DNA of 59,759 nt, counting the filler, from Sphacelaria rigidula (lineage: Eukaryota): assembly GCA_964200075.2 (NCBI GenBank). It is 7 parts of 7 records of this genome, joined end to end, with 100 filler letters (N's around TTAATTAATTAA, not from the genome) between each part and the next. Parts side by side here need not be neighbours in the genome. Positions count along the whole stretch, not along the records: positions 17,106 to 25,557 come from CAXNAA020011087.1; positions 25,658 to 34,108 come from CAXNAA020011088.1; positions 34,209 to 42,659 come from CAXNAA020011089.1; 4 more parts are not named here. One strand, 5' to 3'. This document shows positions 22,401-34,590 of the stretch, piece after piece. The translations under genes were made by a program, and so were the position numbers. A model generated the notes under the pieces. That model was not told the origin of the DNA, searched no databases, and worked only from the letters and a program-made list of their open reading frames with translations. Each line of letters opens with the position of its first letter. The stretch's first letter is position 1.

Positions 22401-24403
22401 CCTCGGAAAGCAATTGGACTTCTCTCTAATATTTATTAAATCAAACCTTCTCCTGTCACTTCGTTGAGTCCCCTCGTCTCCTCCTCTAACATGCCCCGGT
22501 CCTTCATGTATAGTTCGCAATCTTCCACTATATCGGTTTTTTTCCGTTGATTGGCGACAGGGACTCGCCACGGGGGGTCGGGTATGCATATGATATATAG
22601 AAACATCTTCAAGGGGAATAACTGCATGATCCAACGTTATCTTCTAAACGGGGAGAATTGTACTGATGTTGCTCTGTGTTATACAAGTAATGCATGCAGA
22701 TGGTGGGTGGTTGTTGCCCGTGTGTTTCACCGGGGACTATTGCCCGGATACACGTGACGAAGGGTGAACCGTTTTCTCCACATCACAGGGTACACGACAC
22801 ATCTCGCAGGTTACCTTGTATCTCTGTTCCTGGGGCCGTGAACAATGACCGAGTGGTATGATTCATTTTCAACCTTTCGTGATGGACGGGAGTGCGGGAG
22901 TGATAGCATTTCCACTGGATGACGACAAAAATTGTGACGAGCAAACACCCACCACTTCGTGGCCAGATCATCTAAGTCATATGGTCGAAATCAGATCACG
23001 CTCCGCCTTCTCGTCGTCGAATCATCATCATAGTCATCATGACTGTTAATCGTTTCGCAAACCATATACAGCTACAGATCGCAAAACGGAAGCACACGGC
23101 ATGCCCCACTTTCTTCATGTTTTCGTTTTTTTTTGTCTTTTTCGTCACACAAACGGGAAGGAAACAACGTTCTCCTGTTCACGACAAGAGTCACCAAGAA
23201 GAAGGAGGAAAAAAAAGTGTAATAACCGACGTTCCAGCGCGGTTGTACCCGCGAACAGAAGAAATACGCCTGCCGTTCCTGTTCTTCACTCTTCAACCAC
23301 TATATACACAAAAGGTTGTCGTACTGAGCCAGCCACACACCTCGGCGGTACAGTCTTCACCCCACGACATGCTGACCGTGCTCGGCTCAGAGTGGTTTGC
23401 GCTTGGTTCCGGGTCAATCACCACCCCTGTCCAACTCTGCAAAACCAAGAAACGGAAGCAAACCAAACGAGGTTGAGATGGAGTTTGGGCATGGATGATA
23501 TGGGTGTATGTGCAGATGCAGGTGCGGGTGTAGGTGCGAGCGCCAGTGCGGGCATGGAGCCATCCCACTGGAGGGTGTCTAGAAACAATGGTTTTCGTGA
23601 GTGTGATCGACGTAGACAGAGGCATGTGTCCGTACGTTTGGGTATTTCGGGTTCGAGTTCGAGTTTGGGTTCGAGTTTGGGTTCGAGTTCGAGTCGGATT
23701 CGGGTTCGGATCCGGGTTCGGATTCGGGTTCGGATTCGGGTTCGGGTTCGGGTTCGCGTTCGGGTTCGGGTTTGGGTGCTGATGCTGGTGCGGGTTCGGG
23801 TTCGGTGCTGGTGCGGGTGCGGGGGCGGGTGCGGGTACAGATGCAGATGCAGATACGGATGTAGATACGGATACGGCTGCGGGTGCGGATGCAGGTGCGG
23901 ATGCGGGCGCAGGTGCGGGTGCGAATGCGGATGCGAGGGCGGGTAGGGAGTCATTTCACGACACGGTGCGTGCTTGACTGCTTGACCGAAACAACGGGGT
24001 TCATGGACGTGGTCGATGTACAAGGACAGATTTCTTCCTGCACTTGCGTTTCATTAGGGCATACATAATGCTAATACGCTCTTCAGAGGTTTCTGACCAT
24101 GGATATCTGCGTCAGTCATTTCATTTCCCTTTTTCATGTACCCGCTCAAGCGATGTCTCAGTTGGCAATTCTCGGGCAATAGCTTGACCGGATCCGCCCC
24201 CCCCGCCCCCCCCCCTTCACTCCCCATCATGGGATTCCTCTCAAATTCAGAATTGCAGGTACCTGGGGTCAATGCCCCAACTAACCTCGTGTAGTCGCCG
24301 GCGCGAACACGCCGGAAACCGAGGGTCCCCCCAGATACGGCACACTACACTGATCGCTTTCGGAGGGAATAGCCGATTGAGACCAGCCACGAATTAGGAG
24401 ATG

Positions 24404-24435
<32 letters not shown>

Positions 24436-24962
24436 GTAGCATTTTGGTCGCACGATCCTTGGGCCGAGAGCATGTCATCGGTGGACCGAACATCGTTCGA
24501 TATTTTGAAATGATGAATGGGTTTGAGTGTTTCCCAGCCACCGATCAGCTACAAAATCCGCTCGTGCTCACATCAAAGAGACACCTACGGTACAGACATT
24601 GTGGGAGGCAGAAATACCTACTTGAAAAACACTCTGACCGAGGGGACACGGACAAAACTGCTCGGGGGTAGTTCAGAAGCCAATGGGAAAAGACGGGAAG
24701 ATGCACATGCCGCATATACCCCGGATATACACGGTTTACATATGTAACAAATATTCACACGCTCATCCACCCATCTAACCAGGAAACAAGAGCGCTTCTA
24801 CATGAGACTATTTCTCTATAAATACCCAAATCTATCCGCAGAGATGTGACATGAAGCTGGCCATCGACGAAAACGACACGCGGCGCTTACGAAGCGAGTG
24901 ACTCCGTCGGGCAAGATCGCTCCGGGAACGGATGAGAAGGATGTCTCCTCGGCGATGATGGT
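19418..24962 (-). CDS. Multi-exon gene of unknown function, partial. Core exons 24891-24962, 23341-23436, 21970-22074, 19418-19526; possible extra exons 21421-21487, 21325-21352, 20619-20684, 20107-20188, 19776-19832
   Basis: AG/GT-bounded and phase-consistent: TIIAEETSFSSVPGAILPDGVTRF|SWTGVVIDPEPSANHSEPSTVSMSWGEDCTAE|NFLWKQTTRLLDGTTVVLKSIPCEAGEADDVCVVE|...|VSLDLAEESDPENEVTNFTTSSSITASDAGRRLRGR. Confidence 0.6.
20762..21012. mobile_element. MITE with GAG...CTC termini and 4-bp TSD (Sola2-like)
   Basis: TIRs GAGTCATCCTACGATA / TATCGTAGGATGACTC with ACTC on both sides. The same left end occurs at 51148, and a diverged copy at ~58035-58140. Confidence 0.8.
23640..23945. repeat. Degenerate hexamer satellite (TTCGGG)n grading into (TGCGGG/TGCGGA)n
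   Basis: Directly visible 6-bp periodicity. It produces the RV/GF/CG/HP dipeptide ORFs in the track. Confidence 0.9.
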
Positions 24963-25879
24963 CTGGCCGATGAAAATAAGAACAAAAATAAACGTAGGGC
25001 GGCGGTCGGGGATTGGAGCGGGGTAAATGGTACCAAGAATAGTACAGTGGCGCCCGTGTCGATAGCCAACAGTAGAGTCTCCGTGCGAACCGTGGAACAA
25101 CTGCAGCATGTAGGGAGAGGGGGGGGTGGAGGGTTGTGTGTGCGCGCGCGTAATATATGAAATAAAACAGCACAAGTGAGATATATCTGCGTGTATATAT
25201 GTACTTGGGGGAGGGGGGGATCACTCTTCCCCGCATGTTTTTGGATTTTCTCCGTGGATTCCACCAACAGCCTGTGCCCTGGGGTACTTGACCAGGATTT
25301 CGAAAACTTGCAGGCGGATTCTTACTTTTTATTTTTTGTTTATTTAAAAAAAATATGTATATGTCGCACTTTGGACCCCCCCCTTCCTCGGGGCGAGTCC
25401 GTAGTCTCAAGGGATCAACCCATCTCTCCCCGGTACATACAATTACACCTATATTCCCAAACGGAGAGGGGGGGGGGGGGGGGGGGGCCTTTTTTCTCTC
25501 CCCCCCCCCCAAGCACCGGGAGGGGAGGGGCGGCCGGGAGGCGAACAAGGGAAAAACNNNNNNNNNNNNNNNNNNNNNNNNNNNNNNNNNNNNNNNNNNN
25601 NTTAATTAATTAANNNNNNNNNNNNNNNNNNNNNNNNNNNNNNNNNNNNNNNNNNNNCAGTAAGGCACTACAACAGTAAAGCTCCCCCCTCTGTATGTTG
25701 CTCCGTCTCGAAAGGGATGCGTGGGCAATGGCCAAACGACTAAGGCAAGCAACAACTGAGTACGCTCCCCCCCCTCTGTATGATTTTCTGCTTACTTCAA
25801 CATGTATGTATCCATATATATATATATATATATATGTACATGTACGACGTATACATGTGTGTGGTTATTCGGCGCGCAG

Positions 25880-28800
25880 CAAAACGTACTTCATGCCATC
25901 GAAGGGGGATGAGCTTCTCCTGGGCATCAACGAGCGAGTGGAGCAGTTCACGAGAGTGCCAAGGACGCATCAGGAGCACGTTCAGGTGCTCAAATATGAG
26001 GAGGGGCAGCGGTACACGGCGCACCACGACTTCTTGTGAGTTTTTCGGAGACGGTATTGGCTTCGTACTGCTTTGCTTTTGTTCTGGTTTGTCCTGTCCA
26101 GAGCAAGTTCCTACGGTTCCGAAGGTTCCGTGAATATAGAACGGTTCGGACAAATCATCGCCGGTTCGAATGACCAAATCCGCGGTATTTCAGGCCTGGT
26201 TGCTTGACAGGGAGAGAAAAAAGTCGACCGTAGGTCACGAAGGTCTCCACGCAATTGTTGCGCCATTACACGTGCCTGGGCTGCACGCACTTGGGTTGCA
26301 ACGCTGAAAGCAAAAGCCCAACGATTGATTCGTACGGTACGAATCAATTACACTAAAATCGAGTAATTTCCAGACGAATCATGAATTCTTCCGACCCTTG
26401 AAATATAGTCACATGGGCAACACCCACGAGAGGTCATACTCCACAACGAGCAGACTGCTAGCTGTCTGATCTCCAAGGAGATATGTCACTCTCTCGAAGA
26501 CTACGTGGAGCAGATTTTTGTGTGTTCTCGACACGGCACACAGGAACCCAGACTGTGCGAGTAGAGCACCAACACCGCTCCCCGCCTCGCGTTGGAGTAT
26601 GATGTTGTTAGTTCAATTTGGTTTTGGGTTGGGTTGGATTGATTTTGGTTCAACGACTCCATCGAGCAATGGCCAAGTTTTTGTTGTACAAACACGGCCG
26701 GCCCTCTTCCAACAGCAACGGATTGCCGTGAAACAAGGAGCGCTGTGTGTAGATGAGTACGAGCTAGCCCCTGGCGGTATTGCACTTTTGCTGTGGATAT
26801 CTGTTCGGGTTGGGTTGTGAAGGTGTAACATGGCGCTGGTTTGGCCTTTCTTGTTGGGTGTTCGGTTTGTTTGTACCTTAGTCAACCGTTCTGTCCTTCC
26901 CCACCTTTCCCATGTAGATCTTATTTTTGCGAAGGCCGCTTCTTCACAGTCTGAAAAGAACTCTCCGAGAAGTGCCCTTTTTGAGCCTTTCATCGCGAAT
27001 TTTTGACGGAATTCGGGCCTTGGTGGATTGGGCCTCCTCGGATAGCATAGCAAATATTTCCGAGGAGGCCCAATCCGCCAAGGCCCGAATTCCGTCAAAG
27101 ATCCGCGATGAAAGGCTCGAAGAGGGCAGTTCTCTGAGAGAGGTCGTTTTCAGACGGTAAGAAGCGGCCTAAGAGTCGGTATCCAACCATTCGCTTCCTG
27201 AGCATACGTGTGTACGTACATGCCGCAATTTCGTACACGAATAGAATTTGTTAGGAAGCTGTACGTGTCTCGGCTTCTGTCGCCCCTGCGTGATGTGGAA
27301 TCATGTACCGCATCACAGCACCTCAAGCCTGTCTTGTGTTTTAAGGTCGCTCTGCTAGTCCATGGGGGATACATACATATACTCGGCTGTGGCATCTCAG
27401 CAAGTGGGAACGAGCGAAGTTTTTTTTCGGCCCTCGAATTCATTTGGTGTTCTCGATCAACAGCGTACACGATTGACCGTGACGTGTAGCTCGGGGCTGG
27501 CGATGCTCATCTTAATCTAGAGTGATTCCATGATACCTCCCTCCCCCGCCCCCCAACGGTGTACGCACTTTTCCAAAATCCGACGTCCTTGTTTCTTGGC
27601 TGTGCTCACTCTGCGCGGTGCTGTGCCGTGACGTACGTCTCGTTGCAAAACGCCTCCTCAACAAATGGTGCTGACGTGTTCTCCAATGAACCACTGCCAT
27701 CGGGGGGGAACTCCTTGGACACGGGATATACGCCCAGCAACCCCAAGTTTTACAAAACGTGAGTTGAATAAGTACATACAAGAATGCTGCAAGCGAAGTG
27801 CGCAGTGGGGGGGCTGAGGGAGGGCGGAGGGGAGGGGAGGGGAGGAAGCAGGGGCGGTGAGAGGGCATCAAATCTCCTCGTCGCCTCCCGGGTACCTTGG
27901 TCGACTTGGCGTTTCTTGTCCGTGCATTTGGCTGTGAAGCGTGGGGGAAGGGGACGCGGTCCTGTGTTTCCGGTGTTTGAAAAAAACAAACCTATCTGCC
28001 CCGACGAGTGGTGAAGATGTACCACCATTTTAGTTCAAGACCACGCCCCGCGCCGATGATTCAAGCTGATTCACCATCGGCCGTCTTTTTATTATTGCGG
28101 AGTGTAGGAGTGGTTTTTTTGGGGGGGCTTGACAATCCCGGTGATCGCCAGTTTGTACAGGAGGCGTTTTCGCCGATATCGGGAGAGGCCGATTTGAGCT
28201 CTGCCAGTTACACTTCGGCTGTGTAGAGCACCCTGCGTGCTCCCCGTTGCCCGAGGGTTATTCGTTTTGCCTCCGTTCAGGGCTTGAGTTGGGTGTTTCA
28301 ATGATGGGTTTCGGCGACTCATTGGGGGGTGAATGTAACCCTCTCTGTGGGATGTGACAGCCATTTATTTTACACGTGTCTGAATATTAAAAGCCCGTTG
28401 TGCTCCCCTTGAAAAATAAGTAATTTTGGAAGCGCTCGTGTGGCCGATAACGATAGGTACGTGCTGTTTCAGGTGTTCTCGAAGAGAGGGAAAGAGCTGT
28501 CCGTGCACACGGTCCTCCTCCCTCTCTCGCTGTTGGTTTGCGTGAGATCTTGTCACTTGTTGCTTGTGCCCTCTGACAGTCTGACCTTGATCGATGTGTG
28601 TGTGTGTGTGTACGCGCGCGCGTGTGTGTTTGTATGTTCCTGTGCGTTAGGGACAAACGGACGATGGATAACATCCAAGGAGGCAGGAAGAACCGCTTGG
28701 TCACCGTATTCTGGTGAGCGTGCCTCATGTCTCACTCCGCCTCTGTGCCTCTGTGCCCCTGTTTCTTTGTTCCTTTTGTTGCTGTGTTTCTCCGTTCCTG

Positions 28801-31800
28801 TGCCCGTGTGTCTGTGGGAGGATGTCTGCGTGTTTCATTGAGGGTCTCAGTGTCTAAGCTTGTTTACTCCTCACCTGCCATGCGTGGTGCATGTCATGGG
28901 CGGACGATAATGGTACACACAGAAGAAAGTCATGCTCCATCTCTCTGTCCCGTGGCGAGGGGAAACGTTCGCGAGTTCAATGGTTCAGTACGCAACGCGT
29001 TGGCGTTTCTACACTCACACGCATGCACACGTACACACGCCCGAGTTATTTTCTTGCACGAACGCTAACGTGACTCCACCGACCCCCACCCCACGAGACT
29101 GGAGCGCGATTCGGATCATGACCCTGGTTCGTTCCACTTCTCTAGTACTTGAAGCTCATCTCGTCGAGGAGAGACGTGCACGTCGGTGCGTGCTCCCATG
29201 CTATTGCTGTTGTCGTTGATACTGCTGTTGCTGTCGCTGTTGCTGCTGTCGCTGTCGTTGCTGCTATTTGCTATCGCTGTCATTGCTATCATTCCACGTG
29301 TGTGATGCTCTGAGCGCATCGCACTAATCCGCATGTGGATTGCAGCTTTTGTGAGGAGAAAAACAAACGTCCATGAGACGCGTCAAGGCGACGATGACGC
29401 GAAAAGTAATCCTGTTTGTTGACGGGACAAGTAGCTGTACAACGAGAGGCTTCCTCAATTTTGTTATTTTTTTGGGGGGGAAATTTTGTGCTGGAGTCTC
29501 TCCTTCTCCAGCCAGCGTTTTCAATTGAGTCGCCTTGGGCATGGATGTCTGTACATGTGTTGTGGGGACAATGACATCCGTGGCAAAACGCATCGGGTAG
29601 TACGGGACAAAAAATAAAATCAAGAAAAATTAATTCGATCAACCGTATTTAATCAAATGGGATCGAATCGATCCGGCCACTGTTGAAATCCAAACTCTAC
29701 CCTTCCACCCCCCCTCCTCTCCCCTACAGTGCTCCGTCTCGAAAGAGATACGTGGTCACTGGTCAAACGACTAAGGCAAGCAACAAATGAGTGCGCCTCC
29801 ACCCTGACCTCCTGCTACCCTCGTCATGGCTTGTGTTGATAGGTACCTGAGTGATGTGGAGGAGGGAGGAGAAACGATTTTCCCCCGGGCTGGTGGCAGA
29901 AGGGGCCCTGTAGACTTCTCGGACTGCACTAAGGGGCTCAAGGTCAAGCCAAGGCTAGGGTAAGTGGTGGTGTCTTCGAAGCGCAATTTTTCCATGCTGC
30001 TTTTGTCATGAGTTCGTCGCGGGGCAGTGAATGACTGGATCATGGACCACTTTTTGATGTACCGTTCGCATGCAAGCTAGCTTACTGTACTGTGCTGCGC
30101 ACGAAACTGTTATTCACCAGGCCCATGTAAAGTAGAAGTGGGCATTTTGTTTAACTGTGTACACGGGTAATTGGTGAACGTCCACTGTGTGGATGATGAC
30201 TGAGCGATATGTTGATAATATATGCTACTCCAAAGTTAGAGCGGGCACTATAGTAGTACCATAACTGTCTGTACGAGTCAAGCTTTCATTTTTTTCCTTG
30301 GTTAAAGAGATAGTTTGATGTTTTTGTTTTTATTTGCTAAATTCAGTTGTTGATACGAGAACATACATATCGCGAAATGTTGACCTTCAGGCAAGGAGGA
30401 GATGTACGCCCCTCGAGGCGAAACATATATGTTTTTCTCGAGATCCTCGAGGAAAGAAAATGATCAAAATATGGGTTACCTTCAACAGAATTTACCGCCT
30501 TGGGCAAAAAAACAGCTTCCCTATATATTTTTTTTTTCGGAGGAGGGGGGAGGACTGTCAACCTCGGTAAAGATCCGACTCTCGGCGTTGACACTCAAAT
30601 CAAGTAATATCAACCACGGATAAAATGACCCCTGAACTGGGTCAAGCTTCAGACTTTTTTTGTTGTTCCCATAGAAAGTGATCGAATAGTGGTTTTGATG
30701 GGGACAAATGCCGAAGCTGCAGAGACCCCAATCTGTGCAAAATGGGGGTACCTCATATTTGCGAAAGTCATATTTGCAGGGGGCCCTTTTTTTGTACACA
30801 GAGGGTCATTTTCTGCAGGAGTGTGATGTCGCTCACCACAGTAGTGAAGCCGCAGAACAGGCAGGTGGTGAATCATTATTCAAAAGCAGCGTCGTACCGT
30901 GGTACCCTAGGGTTATAATACACTGTAGTACACTCCATCGTCACAGACAATGCATGATGGCGTGCGGTAATAAATGACGGTACAGTCAGTATTGCGAGAA
31001 GAGTACAGCACGAGTGCAGTGCGGTACATCACCCTGCATGTACAACAACAGCAGACGGTAAAATGGTACAGCGCCGGTCCTTGCGGTGATATATACGACA
31101 GAGCACTGCAGAACATTACCATCGCCGCAGGGTACGGGGTAGACACTCCTCATTCGCTTGTCAAACCCCGTGCGCGCTACTTGTGCTGCAAAGCTGCTCC
31201 AGTAGCTGGAGTGCGCAGGCACGGCCTGTGCTGTCACGAGACTATCTGCTGCTACGGTTTCAAAAAGATTGAACGCATCTTGCCCAATCATCGTCCGTCA
31301 CTGCACATACGTCACCTTCCTACAGATTGGGGGGACCTCAACTTTCCCCCGATCTGTAACGTAGATGGGGGAAGTTTGTGCGAAAACCGAAAAATCCCGA
31401 TCTAAGCTCTCCCCCTATCTGGGCCATACTGGGGTTCGTGAAAAGCAAATTCTGAATGTGGCTTCTCCCCATCTGCGTACAGATGGACATTCGAGTCGCC
31501 ATCAATACTAGTCTTGAGATGTTTTTCAATTTGCAGCTGTAAAAATGAAAACATAGTCCTTGTATGCATACCCCGTATCGCTTGGGCGACTTGAGTTCTT
31601 GCTGTTACGGCACGTGACAGTACATATTGCATGTCAATCACACCCCGCATTATGGCTCTCTTTTGTTCAAGCTCACTGATCGTGCAGATAATCGTCCTTC
31701 ATTCCCCCCCCCCCTCCCCGCTCTGTTGGGGCACTGACGATCCATCAGGAAGGTAGCCATGTTTTACTCTCTCAGACCGGACGGTCAGTTTGACGACTTC

Positions 31801-32625
31801 AGCCTCCACGGAGCTTGTCCAGTTATATCAGGTGAGGGCGTGGCTTATTTTGTCTTCATCTTCTCTTTCATCGTTCTAGCTATGTCCCCACCCCGTCTTT
31901 TCGAGTGTCCGAGAGTTCCTCGGTGGTGCGGTGTTTATGACCCCCCTTGAACCGCGGTGCTTTTACTCCGAGCTTTTTGTACGCTGATAGCTCCGCAAGT
32001 TTTTTGGAGGATGATTTTTTGTAGGCGTAGGTGGACGGGACGCTTAACGGGGAACGAGCGCTTGGTAGCAGCGTTACGGAAAAGAAGCTGATGGGATAGC
32101 CTGCAAGCTAGCAGCAGCTTCTTGCCAAGTTCAAAGGAGAAATATCCACGTTTTGTGTTGGCTTGTGCTTCATGCATCATATTCCGCTATGTTTATGCCG
32201 ACATGTTCGCACATGGATGGCCTTGTATACTGCCCTGGTGCCTGCGAGAGCACCGAACGCTTCTGTTTTGCTGTACTGAGGTAGCGATGTATAATATGCT
32301 GCTGACCTCGGTTTACGCACGAGTAAGAACGGCGGTAAACATGCGGGGCGACGACTTTTTTTTTGTGATCAGGTTTTTGTGTTTTCCCATCGGAAACAGA
32401 ACACCTTCGAGCACACTTTCACCGCTTTGGAGTCCAATGATGGACGCAAAATCTGCGAGGAAAAACACCCTGCTCTGGTCATATTTTTATTTTTGACCTG
32501 ATGTGTTGTTGTGTGGTTGTCATTTTTTCGTTGTTGTTGTCGCTGTCGTGGGTCCTTTGTTGTTGTACTTGTGCACAGGGAGAAAGTGGGCGGCGAACAA
32601 ATGGGTGTGGTCGGGAGAAGTGTCG
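25880..32625 (+). CDS. P4H: Prolyl 4-hydroxylase (Fe(II)/2-oxoglutarate dioxygenase), C-terminal part; exons 25880-26035, 27738-27758, 28651-28713, 29843-29959, 31749-31831, 32579-32625
   Basis: Spliced product: ...[64 protein letters not shown]...KGLKVKPRLGKVAMFYSLRPDGQFDDFSLHGACPVISGRKWAANKWVW. HxD, the distal His and the 2-OG-binding Lys region are present. All junctions are GT-AG and in phase. Confidence 0.93.
26947..27157. repeat. Fold-back inverted repeat or MITE, ~95-bp arms with ~16-nt loop, in a P4H intron
   Basis: GTCTGAAAA...GACGGAATTCGGGCCTTGGTGGATTGGGCCTCCTCGGA pairs with TCCGAGGAGGCCCAATCCGCCAAGGCCCGAATTCCGTC...TTTTCAGAC. Confidence 0.9.
29200..29290. repeat. Degenerate (GCTGTY)n microsatellite
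   Basis: GCTGTTGCTGTCGCTGTTGCTGCTGTCGCTGTC is directly visible. Confidence 0.85.
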
Positions 32626-33004
32626 GTGAGTCGAGCAGGAAGGATCGAAGGATTACATTTTTTTAATGTTCTCGCTCGTTGATTGGGCCATTGACCGGTT
32701 GATTGTTTTGTTGAAATAATCGTTGTCATCAGATACAATTTACAATAATGCTTGTACACAGGCAAGCACGGTACGCATAACGAGGAACACTTGGACCACG
32801 TCAACAAATTTGACTCGGGCGAAAAATGTGTTATTCTATGGTTATCCTTACTGTAGTTGTTTTCAGCCAATTTTTCTGCTTCGTACACACGCGCTGTCTG
32901 AGTAACTCCACGGATGAAAGCAATGTTTGCGTGTCCCTTGTCCACGATACTATGATATAGCCACTTGGGAGCTTGTGGATATCATGTTCGTTGCACTGCG
33001 TGTG

Positions 33005-33447
33005 GCAGCCGATTATTGGAATCGAGGATGGAGCTTTTCATTGAGGAGGAGAACCCCCAGGATTGAAATCTAAGTTTTTCACAGCAAATCTTCGGAGTAT
33101 TGGTCAATTCCTTCACCTACTGGTAGCTATTGACAACTACTACACGCCATATAAATTTGGACTTTGATTATCGAAATTTTGGTGTCCTGGGTGAAAAATA
33201 AATTTCGGAGAATTTCGGCTATCCGATCGGATCACCTTAATTACCCAAAATTGTTTTTTCATCGAGGACCTCAACAATCCGGTAATCGAAATTCAATTCT
33301 GTAGGGCGTGTAGCAGTTGTCAAAAGCTACCAGTACGTGGAGGAATGGACCAATCTTTCGAAGATTTGGTGTGGATACCAAAATTTTAGTCCTCCGGAAT
33401 CTCATCCTCAATCGAAAGCTTCATCCTCGATTTCCGTAATCGGCTGC
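33005..33447. mobile_element. Fold-back/MITE with ~150-bp imperfect TIRs
   Basis: GCAGCCGATTA..GAATCGAGGATG..CTACTGGTAGCTATTGACAACTACTACACGCC pairs with GGCGTGTAGCAGTTGTCAAAAGCTACCAGTA..CATCCTCGATTTCCGTAATCGGCTGC. Related arms at ~5550-5700 and 8554-8610. Confidence 0.8.
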
Positions 33448-33478
33448 GCCCGTGCCTCATCGTGTGTATCATACTTGG

Positions 33479-33700
33479 GTACGTACGTACGTACGTACGT
33501 ACGTATGTATGTATGTATGTATGTATATATGTATTATGTATTATGTATTATGTATTATGTATTATGTATTATGTATTATGTATTATGTATTATGTATTAT
33601 GTATTATGTATTATGTATTATGTATTATGTATTATGTATTATGTATTATGTGTTATGTGTTATGTGTTATGTGTTATGTGTTATGTGTTATGTGTTATGT
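33479..33700. repeat. Compound microsatellite (TACG)n-(TATG)n-(TATTATG)n-(TGTTATG)n
   Basis: Directly visible. Confidence 0.97.
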
Positions 33701-34590
33701 GTCATCTATGTGTGTATGTATGCATACATGTATGATCGTGTATCATGCGTATGTATGCACATGTGTACGTATGCAGGTATGTACGTTTGTATCTACCGCA
33801 CAGCACGAAATGTCGTCTCGATTTTTGTTGTCCTGACAAGTTCGGCGACCAAGTCACGCCTCAAAAAAGCTGTGTCGCTGCAACTCCCATGTGGTGGAGA
33901 TGTTCCGGTAAAACGGAAGTGTGGGGCAATGTGCAAATAGAGAAATCGAAATTGGGCTTCGTTCATCGCTCGGGTGTCATCCTCCGTGTATCATTCTTTG
34001 TTTTGTGTCTCGTTTTATTCATCTCCATACTTTTACCCACCCCCCACCCCCCACCCCCCTCCCCCCTGCTCCGTCTCGAAAGGGATGCGTGGTCAATGGT
34101 CAAACGACNNNNNNNNNNNNNNNNNNNNNNNNNNNNNNNNNNNNNNNNNNNNTTAATTAATTAANNNNNNNNNNNNNNNNNNNNNNNNNNNNNNNNNNNN
34201 NNNNNNNNGGTACGGTACATACCCGGAAAAATACCCCGGGTATACAGAAAACCTTACCTTACAAAACACAACCATGGGATATTTTGCATTTTTCACCCAC
34301 GTACGAGCTGGTTCAGATTGAACGCCCAAATTTCATTCCCCGGGATTTCCTCAGGCCGTTTTTTCGAGTTAGATCACGAAAATTTGCACACATGTTCTTG
34401 AGGGCACTATCTAAAACTCGACGACCGTTTTTTTTATTATTATTTTGTTGGTGTCGAGATAGTCGGGATCTCATTCCTCCCCCGGTCAAGTAGGTCAACC
34501 GCGACCTTGGATAAAAAGCCACCAACAAAAAAAAATAGTTAAAACCCAGTCTTCGAGTTTCAGATAGTGCCCTCGCTAACGCGAAAAAAA

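Noticed and set aside
23101..24023. Cys/Gly-, Arg/Val- or His/Pro-rich proteins (metallothionein-like)
   Set aside because: These frames are open only because of the hexamer satellite.
10349..24962. Peroxiredoxin nested antisense in an intron of one long minus-strand gene
   Set aside because: The two exon sets are on different contigs separated by an artificial spacer, so their phase compatibility across it is coincidental.
15752..32625. Redox or oxygen-sensing cluster of Prx6 and P4H
   Set aside because: They are on different contigs concatenated by size, with no real linkage.
33337..33940. Repetitive YVLCIMY proteins
   Set aside because: They are translations of a 7-bp microsatellite.
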